A DNA stretch of 64,000 nucleotides from Octopus sinensis (Eukaryota), in assembly GCF_006345805.1 (NCBI RefSeq), contig NC_042999.1:38688001-38752000 (forward strand). The letters are read 5' to 3'. Position numbers and translations under genes: made by a program. Positions 28,097 to 40,899 of this stretch are shown piece after piece (the first letter of the stretch is position 1; each line of letters opens with the position of its first letter). The notes beneath the pieces are model-generated. The model worked only from the letters and a program-made list of their open reading frames with translations, made no database searches and had not been told where the DNA came from.

Positions 28097-28570
28097 GATA
28101 TAAGTTTATGAAAGAATGGAGTTGAACGACTTGTTAACAAATTCCTTTATTTTCGACATATGTTTCGAAGGCTGCATATTCCTAATTCCGAAGGAATAAG
28201 GAGTACATTATGCAGATTTCTCATCAGGAAACTCAAGGAACTTATGTCGACATCAAAATGCACAATAAACTTTTAGCTGACTGCTCTGAAGGAGCCCATG
28301 GCGATAATAAGTGTCTGTTTATAAGGAGTGACGTCAGAGTGGCTGAATGTAGAAGAATCTAAAGGTTCAAGGGTTCAAGGCTGTGATAACATTGACCCTG
28401 TAGTCAGTTGTTTGTTCACATATCTTCAAATGTCTACAATATGTTCTTTTCCAGTTCAAGGGATTCATACGCACGACAGACTGTGTAAGTGCTTTTCATT
28501 TATAATAATTCCATTCGGAGCTACGACACATTACAGAGAAATAAATCGATAAAAGGATTTCACAAGTACT
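28090..28570 (-). mobile_element. Penelope-like element 3' remnant (GIY-YIG fragment, then pLTR with hammerhead)
   Basis: 28570 to ~28330 reads in one frame STCEILLSIYFSVMCRSSEWNYYK*...VRMN...YCRHLKICEQ, similar to the PLE pattern TC...LIY..C..C...YIG...RMN.H...YR.L...EH. A hammerhead follows on the same strand. Confidence 0.6.
28151..28231 (-). ncRNA. Type I hammerhead ribozyme, intact core, long stem II
   Basis: Minus strand: tttc-CTGATGA-gaaatctgcat...(54 nt)...atgcagccttc-GAAAC-ATAT-GTC-gaaa. Stem I is tttc/gaaa, stem III is the palindrome ACATATGT, and the GUC triplet predicts cleavage between 28155 and 28154. Confidence 0.85.
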
Positions 28571-28746
28571 GATCCTAGCAATAAATACTTAAATTCACAG
28601 TAAAATGTGCCAAAATGAAATACTATAAAACATTTTAACTGACGCTCCATGAATCATGCCCAGAATTTGTGTGTTTATGTATGAGTGTGAGAAGGTGATT
28701 GTGTGTGTGTCTGCACGTGTCTGTTGGGGGACAAACAGACACACAA

Positions 28747-28782
<36 letters not shown>

Positions 28783-29180
28783 GCATGTATATGTATATAT
28801 ATATATATACATATATATATATACGCACATATATGTGAGTGTGTGTATGTGTATAGGTTTGCGTTCGCATGTGTCTATGTATGTACATATATTTTTGAGT
28901 GGGTGTGCATGTATATGTCTGTCTCTTGTATGTATGTATCTGTCTATCTATGAGCATATGTTTGTATATGTATGTATCTGTGTCTGTATTATATATATGT
29001 ATGTGTGTGTATATATTTGCCCAACGGCTAATATAATGTGCTGAATATAAAGCATGATTGTGTGTACATGTGCATGGGAGAATGTATACGCTGTCACGCA
29101 TTTGCATATCCACGAACTTTGGCTATTGTACTGCCGTGCGTTTTTTATACATTATATTCAATATAGTGAGAAGTAAATTT

Positions 29181-29268
29181 TAGTAGTAGTAGCAGTAGTA
29201 GTTGTAGTAGCAGCAGCAACAGTAGTAATAGTAGTAGTTGTAGTAGTTGTAGTAGTAGTAGTAGTAGT
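29181..29268. repeat. (AGT)n microsatellite
   Basis: Directly visible. Confidence 0.95.
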
Positions 29269-29849
29269 TAAGCTCTCTGCTGTTAAACGCATTTATATAC
29301 TATCTGGCTCAAATAGGCAACAGGATAAAGTGTTTTTACTTGCATATTTTTGTCTCAAGCTACGGTCATCACTGCAGAGTTTTTACAATTTATAGTGAAA
29401 AAATCAGTGTTCCAGAAAGAGCATCTTGAATTTAGAGACTAATAAATCCTTGTTGTAAGTCTTCGACTAATTTAAAGCGTTAAATATATCCCTGTCTATA
29501 TGTTTCGTTTTCTTTTCTTCTTTTCTTTTACATTATAAAGAAAATATTCTTATGAACGTATCAGAAAAGATAAAGCAAAATGCTGTGAATTGATAAATCT
29601 GACAGGTGTAGAGAAGGCAAGCATAGTTATGGAATGATTTGGTCTGACAGTTCTGACTGGATTGCTGAAGTAATATTGAAAATTAATCAGGAGTTTCGAT
29701 AGAAGAGAATCCAATAAAATACTGATAGGAATAGTATGTAAGAGATATGCTAAATGCGATTCTTAAGCAGCTGCATTGTAAAATAATCTGATAGAAGTTG
29801 CTGTTGGTGTCAGCATGGAATAATCATACATATGTATATAAGTCTTAAG

Positions 29850-29851
29850 GC

Positions 29852-29903
<52 letters not shown>

Positions 29904-30017
29904 ATATGTATATATATGTATATAACTGTATATGGATATACGTCTGCGTGCATGTGTGTATGTGTGCAGGTGTGCTATTTCTTACATGTATATATGCTTA
30001 TATACGTATATATATAT

Positions 30018-30055
<38 letters not shown>

Positions 30056-30088
30056 CGTATATACGCATATATATATCTATAATCATAC

Positions 30089-30119
<31 letters not shown>

Positions 30120-30129
30120 ATATATATAC

Positions 30130-30198
<69 letters not shown>

Positions 30199-30290
30199 TA
30201 CATATATATATACTGTATATATATCTATAATTCATACATATATATATACTGTATATATATCTATAATTCATACATATATATATTCATATG
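29850..30290. repeat. (TA)n-rich microsatellite block
   Basis: Directly visible; includes a short internal tandem duplication near 30205-30280. Confidence 0.95.
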
Positions 30291-30402
30291 CAGTTCTATA
30301 GTTAAGAGATAAGGAACTACGTACATTATTTACTACATTTGAGGTATATTTGTCCTCATCTTCTTTACTGTTGTTGTTGTTATTATTATTATTATTATTA
30401 TT

Positions 30403-31462
30403 CTATGTTTGACTTTTGCTTTATATTTGTACAAGTTGGCTCCAAGTCTCACCCAGAGACCTCAAGAGATAACAGGGTTGGAAGTTCATGTTGTTGTTAT
30501 GCCTAGTGTGCCATATATTTGGGGGGTGGGGTGTTGTACTAATGAATGTCCCCGCCCCCCCCCAAAAAAAAGATTTCTTTTTCTTTTTTTTTTTTTCCTT
30601 TAAACCGAAAATTATGTTTGTTGAGATTACATAGAAAATATTTTGCGTAGGATATGAGCAGTTCCCATGAGCACTATCTTTTGAATTTCTGCCATTTTTG
30701 GGTTTCCTGGTATCTGAGTTAGGTAGCTATCTGCCCCTTTTGCTATCATTCCCAGGGCACCTATGACAACAGGTATTGTTTTAGTCTTCAGCTTCCACAT
30801 TTTGCTGATTTCTATTTCGAGATCTTTATATTTGCTCAGTTTTTGGTAGGTCTTGACAGATACGTTTATATCAATTGGGACAGTCATATCAATGAGGAGG
30901 CATGTTCTTTGTTTGAAGTCTTTCAATATGATGTCTGGCCTATTTGCATCTATATTTCTGTCGGTTTGAATGGCGAAGTTCCAGAGGTGTGAGATGTGGT
31001 CATTTTCAAGCACTGGGGGTGGTTTGTGTTCCCACCAGTTTTTTTCATGGGGCAAATCCAGGTTTTTACAGATTACCCAGTGAATATATTGTGCAGCTCT
31101 ATCGTGCCTGTTGAGATATTCTGTAGGCGCTAGAAGACTGCACTTGGAGACCACATGGTCAATGGTTTCATTTTGTTGCTTGCATACACGACACGTTGGA
31201 CTGCTTCTGATCTTTAATATGTTGGCCTGGTAGTTTCTTGTTGGTAGGCATTGATCTTGAGCTGCTATGATAAACCCCTCTGTTTCAGATTTTAAGCCAG
31301 AGGCCATTAGCCATTGATGGGTCAGGGCTTTGTCAACATCTGCATTATTTGCTCTCTTTGGGTATTTGCCATAGAGAGGTTTTTCTTGCCATTTATTATT
31401 CAGGATATCTAAGGCCGCAGATTTAGAACGGGTTTTCATGCGCTTAGCTTTTTCTGTGCCTG

Positions 31463-31464
<2 letters not shown>
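30403..31464 (-). mobile_element. R4/Dong-clade non-LTR retrotransposon, 5'-truncated, within an (AAT)n tract
   Basis: Open frame with KWQEKPLYGKY, ETEGFIIAAQDQ, a CCHC finger (CRVC...ETIDHVVSKC), restriction-like endonuclease motifs RPDII...IDMTVP...KLSKYKDL, and PVVIGALG. About 225 bp of 3' UTR follows. (AAT)n lies on both sides. Confidence 0.93.
30627..31464 (-). pseudogene. C-terminal zinc finger and RLE endonuclease fragment of the R4/Dong ORF
   Basis: The non-repetitive part of the 363-aa ORF; uninterrupted but lacks the RT. Confidence 0.9.
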
Positions 31465-31537
<73 letters not shown>

Positions 31538-31557
31538 CATTATTATTATTATTATTA

Positions 31558-31598
<41 letters not shown>

Positions 31599-31620
31599 GT
31601 TATTATCATTATTATTATTA

Positions 31621-31667
<47 letters not shown>

Positions 31668-31692
31668 TTTGTTGTCGTTGTTGTTGTTATTA
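31465..31692. repeat. (TTA)n/(TTG)n microsatellite
   Basis: Directly visible; produces the poly-Asn, poly-Ile and poly-Leu ORFs. Confidence 0.97.
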
Positions 31693-31775
31693 TTTTTCAG
31701 GTCACTGAATGGAATCAAATTGGGAATCTTGGGTTTAGTGCTCGGCGCTTTTAAGCACTACAACATATGCCCGTG
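31693..31775 (-). mobile_element. Short degenerate tRNA-like SINE head running into an (AAT)n tail
   Basis: Minus strand: GGGCATATGTTGTAGTGCTTAAAAGCGCCGAGCACTAAACCCAAGATTCCCAATTTGATTCC, with degenerate A and B boxes at tRNA-like spacing. Confidence 0.55.
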
Positions 31776-31816
31776 GACAATTATGGAGTGAGTTTTTAGG
31801 GCTTATAAATGCAATG

Positions 31817-31980
31817 TTCTTCAATCTTTCCTTAATACCGGTTTCCATATGCTATCCATATTTGCACTCGGTCTGCTTAGGGGGTGTTGTATTCTAGCAT
31901 ATGTTCTGCTTCTTTTAGTTTTCATAATTTCCAGTGGTGTTTGTTTTCTGTCTATTATTTTAACTTCATCCCACATGGGG
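31817..31980 (-). pseudogene. Penelope-like GIY-YIG endonuclease C-terminal fragment
   Basis: PMWDEVKIIDRK / HHWKL*KLKEAEHMLEY / LSRPSANMDSIWKPVLRKD* (frameshifted), matching the W..V.I.DRE.HW..RK.KEA tail of PLE ORFs. Confidence 0.7.
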
Positions 31981-32339
31981 AAGTAGTGTACATATATATA
32001 TATATATATATATAAACAAAACCCTACATTTTAACACATGCATCCTAATTCTCCAAAGAATTTTTCCTTGGACTAATATTGAACTCTAAAATGCATAAAG
32101 ACACTACATTGTATTGGTATACTTATTTATTAAGTTGTGTATATATTTATTATTCTTTTGAAAAAACATTGTGAATTTATTTTTTCCCCTTCTTCAATTT
32201 AAGAAAAAATTCCCCTTCCAAATCTTGAAAACTTGCCTTCCATGAAAGCCGCTGTGATTTCTTTTTTAATTATTCACACACCCATTTTTATTAAAATTCA
32301 CTTTCAATTTAGCATTCTGCCTTACTTTTACCTCTCCTG

Positions 32340-32450
<111 letters not shown>

Positions 32451-32455
32451 ATGCG

Positions 32456-32493
<38 letters not shown>

Positions 32494-32519
32494 TGCACAT
32501 ATACATAAATAAAAGTACA

Positions 32520-32700
32520 TGCATAAATTTATATGTATAGGACGTCACAAAACGGAAAGAACATGGAATTCGAAAACAATATGAAATACGAAGATAAACT
32601 TGGGTATGAGAACCACGGGAGGAACAAATAGAAAACAGGACTAGTAACATAAAGAACGAGCCTACGTCAGTTCTTGGCTATCCAACTACTCATTTCGAGC
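32520..32700 (-). repeat. Interspersed LTR-like repeat fragment
   Basis: Reverse complement begins GCTCGAAATGAG followed by a pyrimidine-rich tract; related to 51458-51600 and 54292-54400. Confidence 0.45.
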
Positions 32701-32813
32701 AATTGACGACCATATGAGGCTTCGAAAGGCACCTGCTCACGCGAATCAAAATAAAATTTGGGATATGCGGAGGGTCATATTTGCTAACAGAAACAGGACA
32801 GTGGAGACATAGA

Positions 32814-33016
32814 ACAAACCAAGCGAAAACATACATGGAGGGCCGTTAGGTCAGACGAGATAAGGTAGCGAACGCTGGAAGAATATTGTCTTTGACAAGA
32901 GAAAATAAATGACTGTTAAGTCATACGACAAACCAAACGAAAACAAACATGGAGTTCCGTTACACCAGACGAGGTAAGGTAACGAACGCTGGAAGAATAT
33001 TGTCTTTGACAAGAGA
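32814..33016 (+). repeat. Tandem duplication, period 114 bp
   Basis: 32814-32902 vs 32928-33016 share GAACGCTGGAAGAATATTGTCTTTGACAAGAGA exactly. Confidence 0.9.
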
Positions 33017-33244
33017 TGATATAGAAGAAGAGACAGATAAGAATGTGTCTGGTCTGTAAGAAAGACGGAAAGAAAGATAGATGATCAAGTGAGGAAAAGA
33101 AAGACGGGCGATTGTCACGTGTGAGCAACGGGAGAGACACAGAAAACGGTGAAGGGGAGAAAAATGAATTATAGAAAGGATGAGAGAGAAAACGAAAGAG
33201 AGAGAGAGAGAGTGAACGGTCCGGGGCAGATTCACATCAAAATT

Positions 33245-33530
33245 ATTACGATAGACGTAGTCGGAAATAGATGCTTCAGACGGCCAGAGGCCTTTCTTGG
33301 GATGTCGCGCACGTTAGTATTAGTAGGTGACTTTAACACAATTCGAGATGGGCGGGTCATCTGCATTATAGAGGCAGAAAAGCCTGCGTCCCGGTCCACC
33401 TCGTTTCGCTGATGACTATGACATGCAAATCCCACGACCTGAGATCGTTTAACAAGCGTGCTTGCTTCCAATACGATGCCTAACCACGCACATTAACTAT
33501 CAAGATTGAAGAAAACCACGAGGAGAGTGA
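33245..33530 (+). pseudogene. LINE (L1/Tx1-like) APE endonuclease fragment
   Basis: FRRPEAFLGMSRTLVLVGDFNTIRD contains the GDFN motif in a Tx1-like context. Confidence 0.7.
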
Positions 33531-33837
33531 AAGAGGTAAGAAGTTGTTCACTTACTTTTAATTTTCGGGTGGTGGGTAGACGTATCATCTCATCTTGGAG
33601 TGGCTTGTTGGGGTGTTTTTGGTTAAATTGTGCTTAGTTTACTGTAGTTGTAAAGTTCCAAAGTCTCCTGAGAATTTTTGTTTGATCTCGCTGTAAGATA
33701 GGCAGTCATTTTTTATAAATTTTTGTGTGCTGGAATTTGTGTGTTAGATAAAGGTTTGTAAGGTGTGATTCGGGGATTTTTATTTGTGTTCTTTTAAGTG
33801 TAACTTAGTATTTATTGCTGTTATGTTAAAGACTAAG

Positions 33838-34720
33838 TCATGTGTGTGCGGTGTTAGTGTATGAGTGAAGGGTATGTTTGTGGTGTGTGTCTGTGGACAG
33901 GCTGGGAGTTGAGGGAGTGTTTTTCTGTTTCCGTCTTTTCTTGGCAACTCTCATGGTCTGTGGTAGCGTTAGTAGGGTCGCCTTGTACTTCTGTAGTAGT
34001 GTTGTTAGAGGTTGGTGAGAGGCTTTGTTTGAAGCTTTCTCCATTGAGAACATTTTTCCCTTTAAACATCTGGGGTAGGGCTTGTTAGTGAATAGTTTTA
34101 GTGTCATTTGCCTCAGTCTGGTGCTGTGGAAAATCATTTCATGGAGGGTGGCCCAATGATTTGAGGTTGTATGTCCAGGCGCCTCTGACGTGAGCCTTTT
34201 TCTACATTTGTAGCATCTGGGCCGTTGTCCAACCACCATAATTCAGAGATATATGATGTCTGGTAGTTCTATCAGGACTGGAATTAAGTCTATGTCCTGA
34301 TGGGCGGCTGGATTATAATTTCCAGGCCTTGGCCATATCAGTTTTGTTGGTGTGACTTTGTAACTTGCAACAAGAAATTACTGCTTTCAAAATCACCCCA
34401 AGTTACACCAATTCTGCTAGTGTATCCTGGTGGCCAGAAAGATAGTGGCTCTATCCTCCAGCTTCAACAGTACGGCTGCCACAAGTCACACCACATAGAT
34501 TTCCGGTCGGCTTTCCCCTATTTTTATTTTTGACGTACGTAGACACATGTACGTCGGTAGCAGCACCAACTCATGTATGCTCAAAAGCACTGTGGAGTTT
34601 TCTTTTCCTTCTTCTTCCGACGCGAACCTTACTTCCGCAGTACCGCATTTCCCCCATCCCCTTGCTACATAAGCTGTTTTACACCATATGAGTTGTAGAT
34701 CTTTTTCCATGCGCTCTATT
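33838..34720 (-). pseudogene. LINE (L1/Tx1-like) ORF1 remnant with a zinc knuckle
   Basis: YVARGWGKCGTAEVRFASEEE...LLPTYM...IKI, V*LVAAVLL, DIDLIPVLIELPD...MVVGQRPRCYKC; stops and frameshifts. Confidence 0.65.
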
Positions 34721-35669
34721 TTTCTTTTTTTGTTTTGAGTGATAGAGTTTTACAAATTATAGTGTTCCGTATTGTCTGTTGTATTATATCACTGGGAGGC
34801 GTTAGGTTTATATTCGTGCCATCTGTTTTTAACAAGAGTCTGAGTTTTTTAAAGTTCTCCATGTCCATGTTACTAATCCCTTGGTTGTTTTGACTCAGAG
34901 GCGAAACGGCAACTTTCAGCTTTTTAGTTTTCGGTTGTAAGTCATTGTTTCGGCTGGTGGTAAAATTCGACCTACTTGTAGTTTTTATTCTATCAACTTG
35001 GTTTTCCTCCTCTATTATCTAAAGGCTAAGCTATAGTAATTTTGCTGATCTTACTACTGAAATGTTTAAAATAATGTGGATGTTGTGCTGTTCTTTCACT
35101 TTTACGCATCATCATTTACCATGTCCGAAAATGTAGCTGGTTCCATCTATATCGTATTTCAGTATAATCAGAAATAGCATGTGGTAACATTCAACGTGTG
35201 CGTCTAGGAATTTAGGCTTTTCATTGATTTTATGTATATTTGCCTTTCGTGCAATTTCAATTTTTAACTATTGCCAAATTATTGTCGTGTGACACCATTC
35301 ACAGAACAAGGATTCTATGGTAATGAAATTCATATTTAACATTCCAGGGATATGAACTCAAACACAGAATGTCACACGTTGATTAAATGTAATAAGTACA
35401 GGTCAAACCGGCGCCCCATTGCATTATTCAATTTAACCATAGTTATTCGATTTAATATAGGAATCTGGTCATTAGTCTCCATAAACATTGACCAAATCTC
35501 CATGAGAACATTCTAATAACTTGGAAAATCTCATAACAAACAATATAATCTGAGCTCCAATATACGGAAAACAAAAGCCAGTATAGGCATCATCGGAACG
35601 TCATTGAAAATAAGTTTGGTGTATGAGATCTTGTGAAAAGCTAAGCAAATGCAAATCTCTCTGTCTGTC

Positions 35670-35707
<38 letters not shown>

Positions 35708-35722
35708 ATGTTTGAATGTGTT

Positions 35723-36780
<1,058 letters not shown>

Positions 36781-36789
36781 TTACTATAT

Positions 36790-36822
36790 ATGCATACATA
36801 AATGCATACATACATACATTCA

Positions 36823-36887
<65 letters not shown>

Positions 36888-36897
36888 TATACGTATG

Positions 36898-36932
<35 letters not shown>

Positions 36933-37017
36933 TATATGTATGTGTTGTGTGTGTATACATATCTATGTGTGTATATATGTATATATTATTATGTGTGCAT
37001 ATATATGTATATGTATG

Positions 37018-37052
<35 letters not shown>
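36790..37052. repeat. (TACA)n/(TA)n microsatellite
   Basis: Directly visible. Confidence 0.93.
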
Positions 37053-37056
<4 letters not shown>

Positions 37057-37639
37057 CTTTATGTGAATTCTTGTTTTTTTTTCTTAATACCTGCAGTTAG
37101 TATGAAGTAGTGGGTGTCCTGCTTCCATGTGGATGTTAATGTATATTTCCTTTAATGATGTCCATGTATTTAATCACATGAAAATATTCCGTTTATGAGA
37201 AAAACATCCATATATATCTCGTTAAAGGTATATTATCAAGTCGTTCCTGTATAACCACATATAACGACATATATCTCATTTGGCTATATTAACGTGTTTA
37301 CCGAAAATATCAAAAGAAGTGAGCCTCAAAAGAAAAATTTACAATATATTTAATATCAAACAAATTGAAGGAAAAATAAAATACGTTAAGTAAAATATGA
37401 AAACAAATGCTAGTAATCCTATACGCAGAATAATATTGGGTATTCCAGAGCTTTAACAATAGACATCTAATTAATAGTTTCAGTACTTATATTATTAGTT
37501 TTATTTTCTTGTGGCTGCTGTCACTGCGTTACCGATCTCATCTCTGTAGACATAGAGAAAGTGCAATGTCTTTTTTCTGTGTTTCATTTAATGTTTTTTT
37601 TCTTAATTGTATTTGATGTAATCTACAAATTATATGCAA

Positions 37640-37950
37640 CGCCTAGGGGTCTCATTTTTTTTTTCTTTTGGGATGCTGTGGATATATATTAATCCTGCAG
37701 ATATTTTTATTTAACTTTTTTGGTATCTGCAGTATTTTTGAATAATTACCAAAGCCCCAATTATTATAAGGATTATTTCTGCATTCATTCTCTTGATATT
37801 CGTTATAACTATTTTGGGAGCGTGGTTTACTGAACATTTCTAGAATTCTGTCAGAGACTTAATATCATCAACGTGGAAATATACTTGTATTAATAATCCC
37901 TCTCTTCCTTAACCTAATATTGCGCTGATATTGATCGCTCTGTATGTTGA
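37640..37950 (-). mobile_element. Decayed R4/Dong C-terminal fragment
   Basis: VDDIKSLTEF*K...KIVITNIKRMNAEIILIIIGALVIIQKY parallels the P.D.NVS.KE.EK...IPVVIGALG region of the copy at 30627. Confidence 0.45.
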
Positions 37951-38103
37951 TACACATATCATAGAGAATAATAGTATTGCATATGTAAATGATTATATAT
38001 ATGAATGTAGGTGTGTGTGCCTGTGTGTGCGTGGGTGTTTTTGAGTGTATGTATATATATATACGTATAAGTGTGTGTCTGTGTTTACGAAACTGTTTGT
38101 GAG

Positions 38104-38227
<124 letters not shown>

Positions 38228-38974
38228 TCAGTAAAATTTAGATTCAGATGAATATGGTACTTAAATTGAAGGCATGAGATATTAGTATCGTGTTATCCAT
38301 ATAATTAAAAATAAAGTGATTATAATCAAAATAAGCAACAAGGATATCCAGAGGTAATGCAGTATGATCGTTTCACGAGAGTCCATTTAATTGGACAACT
38401 CACCAAGAGGATAAGGAGATGTTCTTTGTCTATCTACTTATCCTCTTGTTTTTTGGTAAAGAAATTATACAAATGAGTCCGAATTTAACTAAATTCTATA
38501 TTTTTATGCTGCTGAACATTGCTCTATATTTTGAATTGATGTAATGTTTTCATTGTTCAATTAAATGGAGTCGCATGAAACGATCGTACTGCATTACCTC
38601 TCGATATCCTTGTTGCTTATTTTCATTAGAGGGAGGGAGTGGGTCTGTATACACCCCTGCAGATGTCTGTCTCCTCTTACATCTGAGGTTAAAAACGAGA
38701 TGTGTGTTCAGAATAAGTCGTTTCGAAGTATTCAAAATGACCCCCTAGACACCCCTCACGTGTGATCTACTGATATTTATGCGTATATTTGTGATATATT
38801 CATTTTTCAATCACCGATGGTATGAGGCAGTATGTTAACTGATTTACAATGCACTGACTCCTCTTGGCTGACTTCTTTTTCTCTTACCCTTTCTCACTCT
38901 CTGACTCTTATATGGTCTCTTTCTCATACATTCATATCTTTCTCTATTCTTCCTTATTTATCGCATAGGTATAC

Positions 38975-39340
38975 TTATTACCTCAGCCTTAGCGAAGGCG
39001 GAAGTATTGTTTTCCGTCGCGTTTGTTTGTTTGTCCATGGAAAATATATCTCAAAAACCGCTGGATGGATTCGGATGAAACTTTCAGGGATGTTTGGCCA
39101 CGTGACTGGCACGAACTGGTTAGTTTTTAGGATAGATCAGGTACTGGACAAGGATTATTTTCCCATTTTTTAAACTTAATTTTTGAGAGTGGCCAGGTTC
39201 ATTTTTGAATTCTCGTTTGTGAGAGCAGTCGAGTTTATTTCAGATATTCTCATTTTAAAAATCATCTCCGGCTAATCGTTGAGGGGATGTTGGCGTTGCC
39301 CTAGCGGAGGTTTGCACGCTCTGGGGGGGGGGGTCTTGTT
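38975..39340 (+). mobile_element. Helentron-associated (HINE/DINE-1-like) non-autonomous element
   Basis: 5' TTATTACCTCAGCC with adjacent inverted GGCGGAAGT, a GTTTGTTTGTTTGTC microsatellite, GGATGGATTCGGATGAAACTTTCAGG, and 3' subTIR GCGGAGGT. The expected 3' hairpin is broken by a G-run. Confidence 0.75.
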
Positions 39341-39398
39341 TAAACATGCATTCATTTCATTTTATCATATTTCTTGTTCATGTTTTTATGGTTGCCCA

Positions 39399-40292
39399 AT
39401 TTAGTTTTCCTTCCTTTCCTTTTTTCTTTCGTCCTTTCCTTTTCCTTTTCTTCCTTTCCTTTTCTCTTTCTTCCTTTCCTTTTCACTTTCTTCCTTTCCT
39501 TTTCACTTTCTTCCTTTCCTTTTCACTTTCTTCCTTTCCTTTTTGACCTCTTGTTTCTCTCTCTCCTTTTTTCCTTTCTCCCTCTTTTTGTTCTTTACTT
39601 TCTTTTTTTTCTCTTTTTCTGTCCCCTTTCTCTTCTTTCTCTTTCTCAATTGCTTTCTTTCTACTTCACTTTCCAAATACTTATGAAGTGCGAGCCGTCT
39701 CAAAACGCTCTAGATCTTAATTTTCTAAAAATATAATGCAATGCAGTGAAACATCCGATTTACAATTCCAAAGAACCAGGTTTAACGTACGTAGAAAATA
39801 ATAAAATATACATGTGTTTATCATAATTTCATCTACAATTGCTCTGTATACTGTAACTAGTAATATTACAAAGTACATTTCCGTATTTATATTATGTAGC
39901 AACAATGACCGGGATACAAGGATAGTCGCTTATGCAATAAATGTTTGCCTCTTATATTTCCATTTTGTGTCTCTGGACACAAAATAGAAATAGAAATGTC
40001 TCCGGACCAATATTTTGTTGTAAGAATTGACACATGAGAAATTGAGAAAGAGAAAGAAGAGAAAGGGGACAGAAAAAGAGAAAAAAAAGAAAGTAAAGAA
40101 CAAAAAGAGGGAGAAAGGAAAAAAGGAGAGAGAGAAACAAGAGGTCAAAAAGGAAAGGAAGAAAGTGAAAAGGAAAGGAAGAAAGTGAAAAGGAAAGGAA
40201 GAAAGTGAAAAGGAAAGGAAGAAAGAGAAAAGGAAAGGAAGAAAAGGAAAAGGAAAGGACGAAAGAAAAAAGGAAAGGAAGGAAAACTAAAT
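39399..40292. repeat. Apparently perfect 253-bp inverted repeat (39399-39651 and 40040-40292), pure pyrimidine vs pure purine
   Basis: The arms are of equal length. ORF-track peptides from the two strands are identical over the arm. Internal 20-bp repeats TTTTCACTTTCTTCCTTTCC. Confidence 0.93.
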
Positions 40293-40899
40293 AACATTCG
40301 ACCGACGGCTTTGAACAATTGTTGGTTTTCATGTTAACCAACTTATCTGAAAATGATATACTATACATTGATATTATTTGATTTCCTTAGTGATGATTTT
40401 TTTTTCTTACTTGTATTCTTTTATTTACTAGTCTACTGAAACCTAAAGAGTTTGGGCAATTAGTACCTTACTGGCACAGCCAAATTATAATTTTTTTAAT
40501 AAATTATGATTATTTATCTGTATTTGTTTTGTTTCCAGAATCAGTGCTTCTTCAGTTGTTGTATATCTTGTTACTTTATTTACGATCATTATTTTGAAAC
40601 AGCTCTCAATTTGTATCATCATATCTATGAACAGCTTAACTATATTATTCTCGTATCAGCTTACTCATGGCATTTTATAGTTTTCGTACTTAGACAATTC
40701 AATTAATTTCACTTCCAATCTGTTATGTCGAATCAGTAGTTTATAACTGGAATTGCTAGTGTACTAGCTTATTTACTCTGAATAAAATTCGGTTTCGTCA
40801 CTTCTTGAGACCTATGCGTGCAGCTCTGCTATAATTCCCGGGTTTCTGTCTTTCATTTCAAAACATAATGTTTTCCATTTTAACTAAATTTCTTTTTAT

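Noticed and set aside
30331-30363. Hammerhead-like relic next to the Dong 3' end
   Set aside because: It has a 4-bp stem II but lacks CU of CUGA and G of GAAA, so it is not reported as a ribozyme.
31465-31718. Poly-Asn N-terminus of the 363-aa ORF as a novel fusion protein
   Set aside because: It is the (AAT)n target tract read in frame by chance. The upstream start is an ATT codon in SINE-like sequence.
39420-39545. CRISPR-like or other regularly spaced array
   Set aside because: The 20-bp units are contiguous low-complexity repeats without unique spacers. The context is eukaryotic and has no cas genes.
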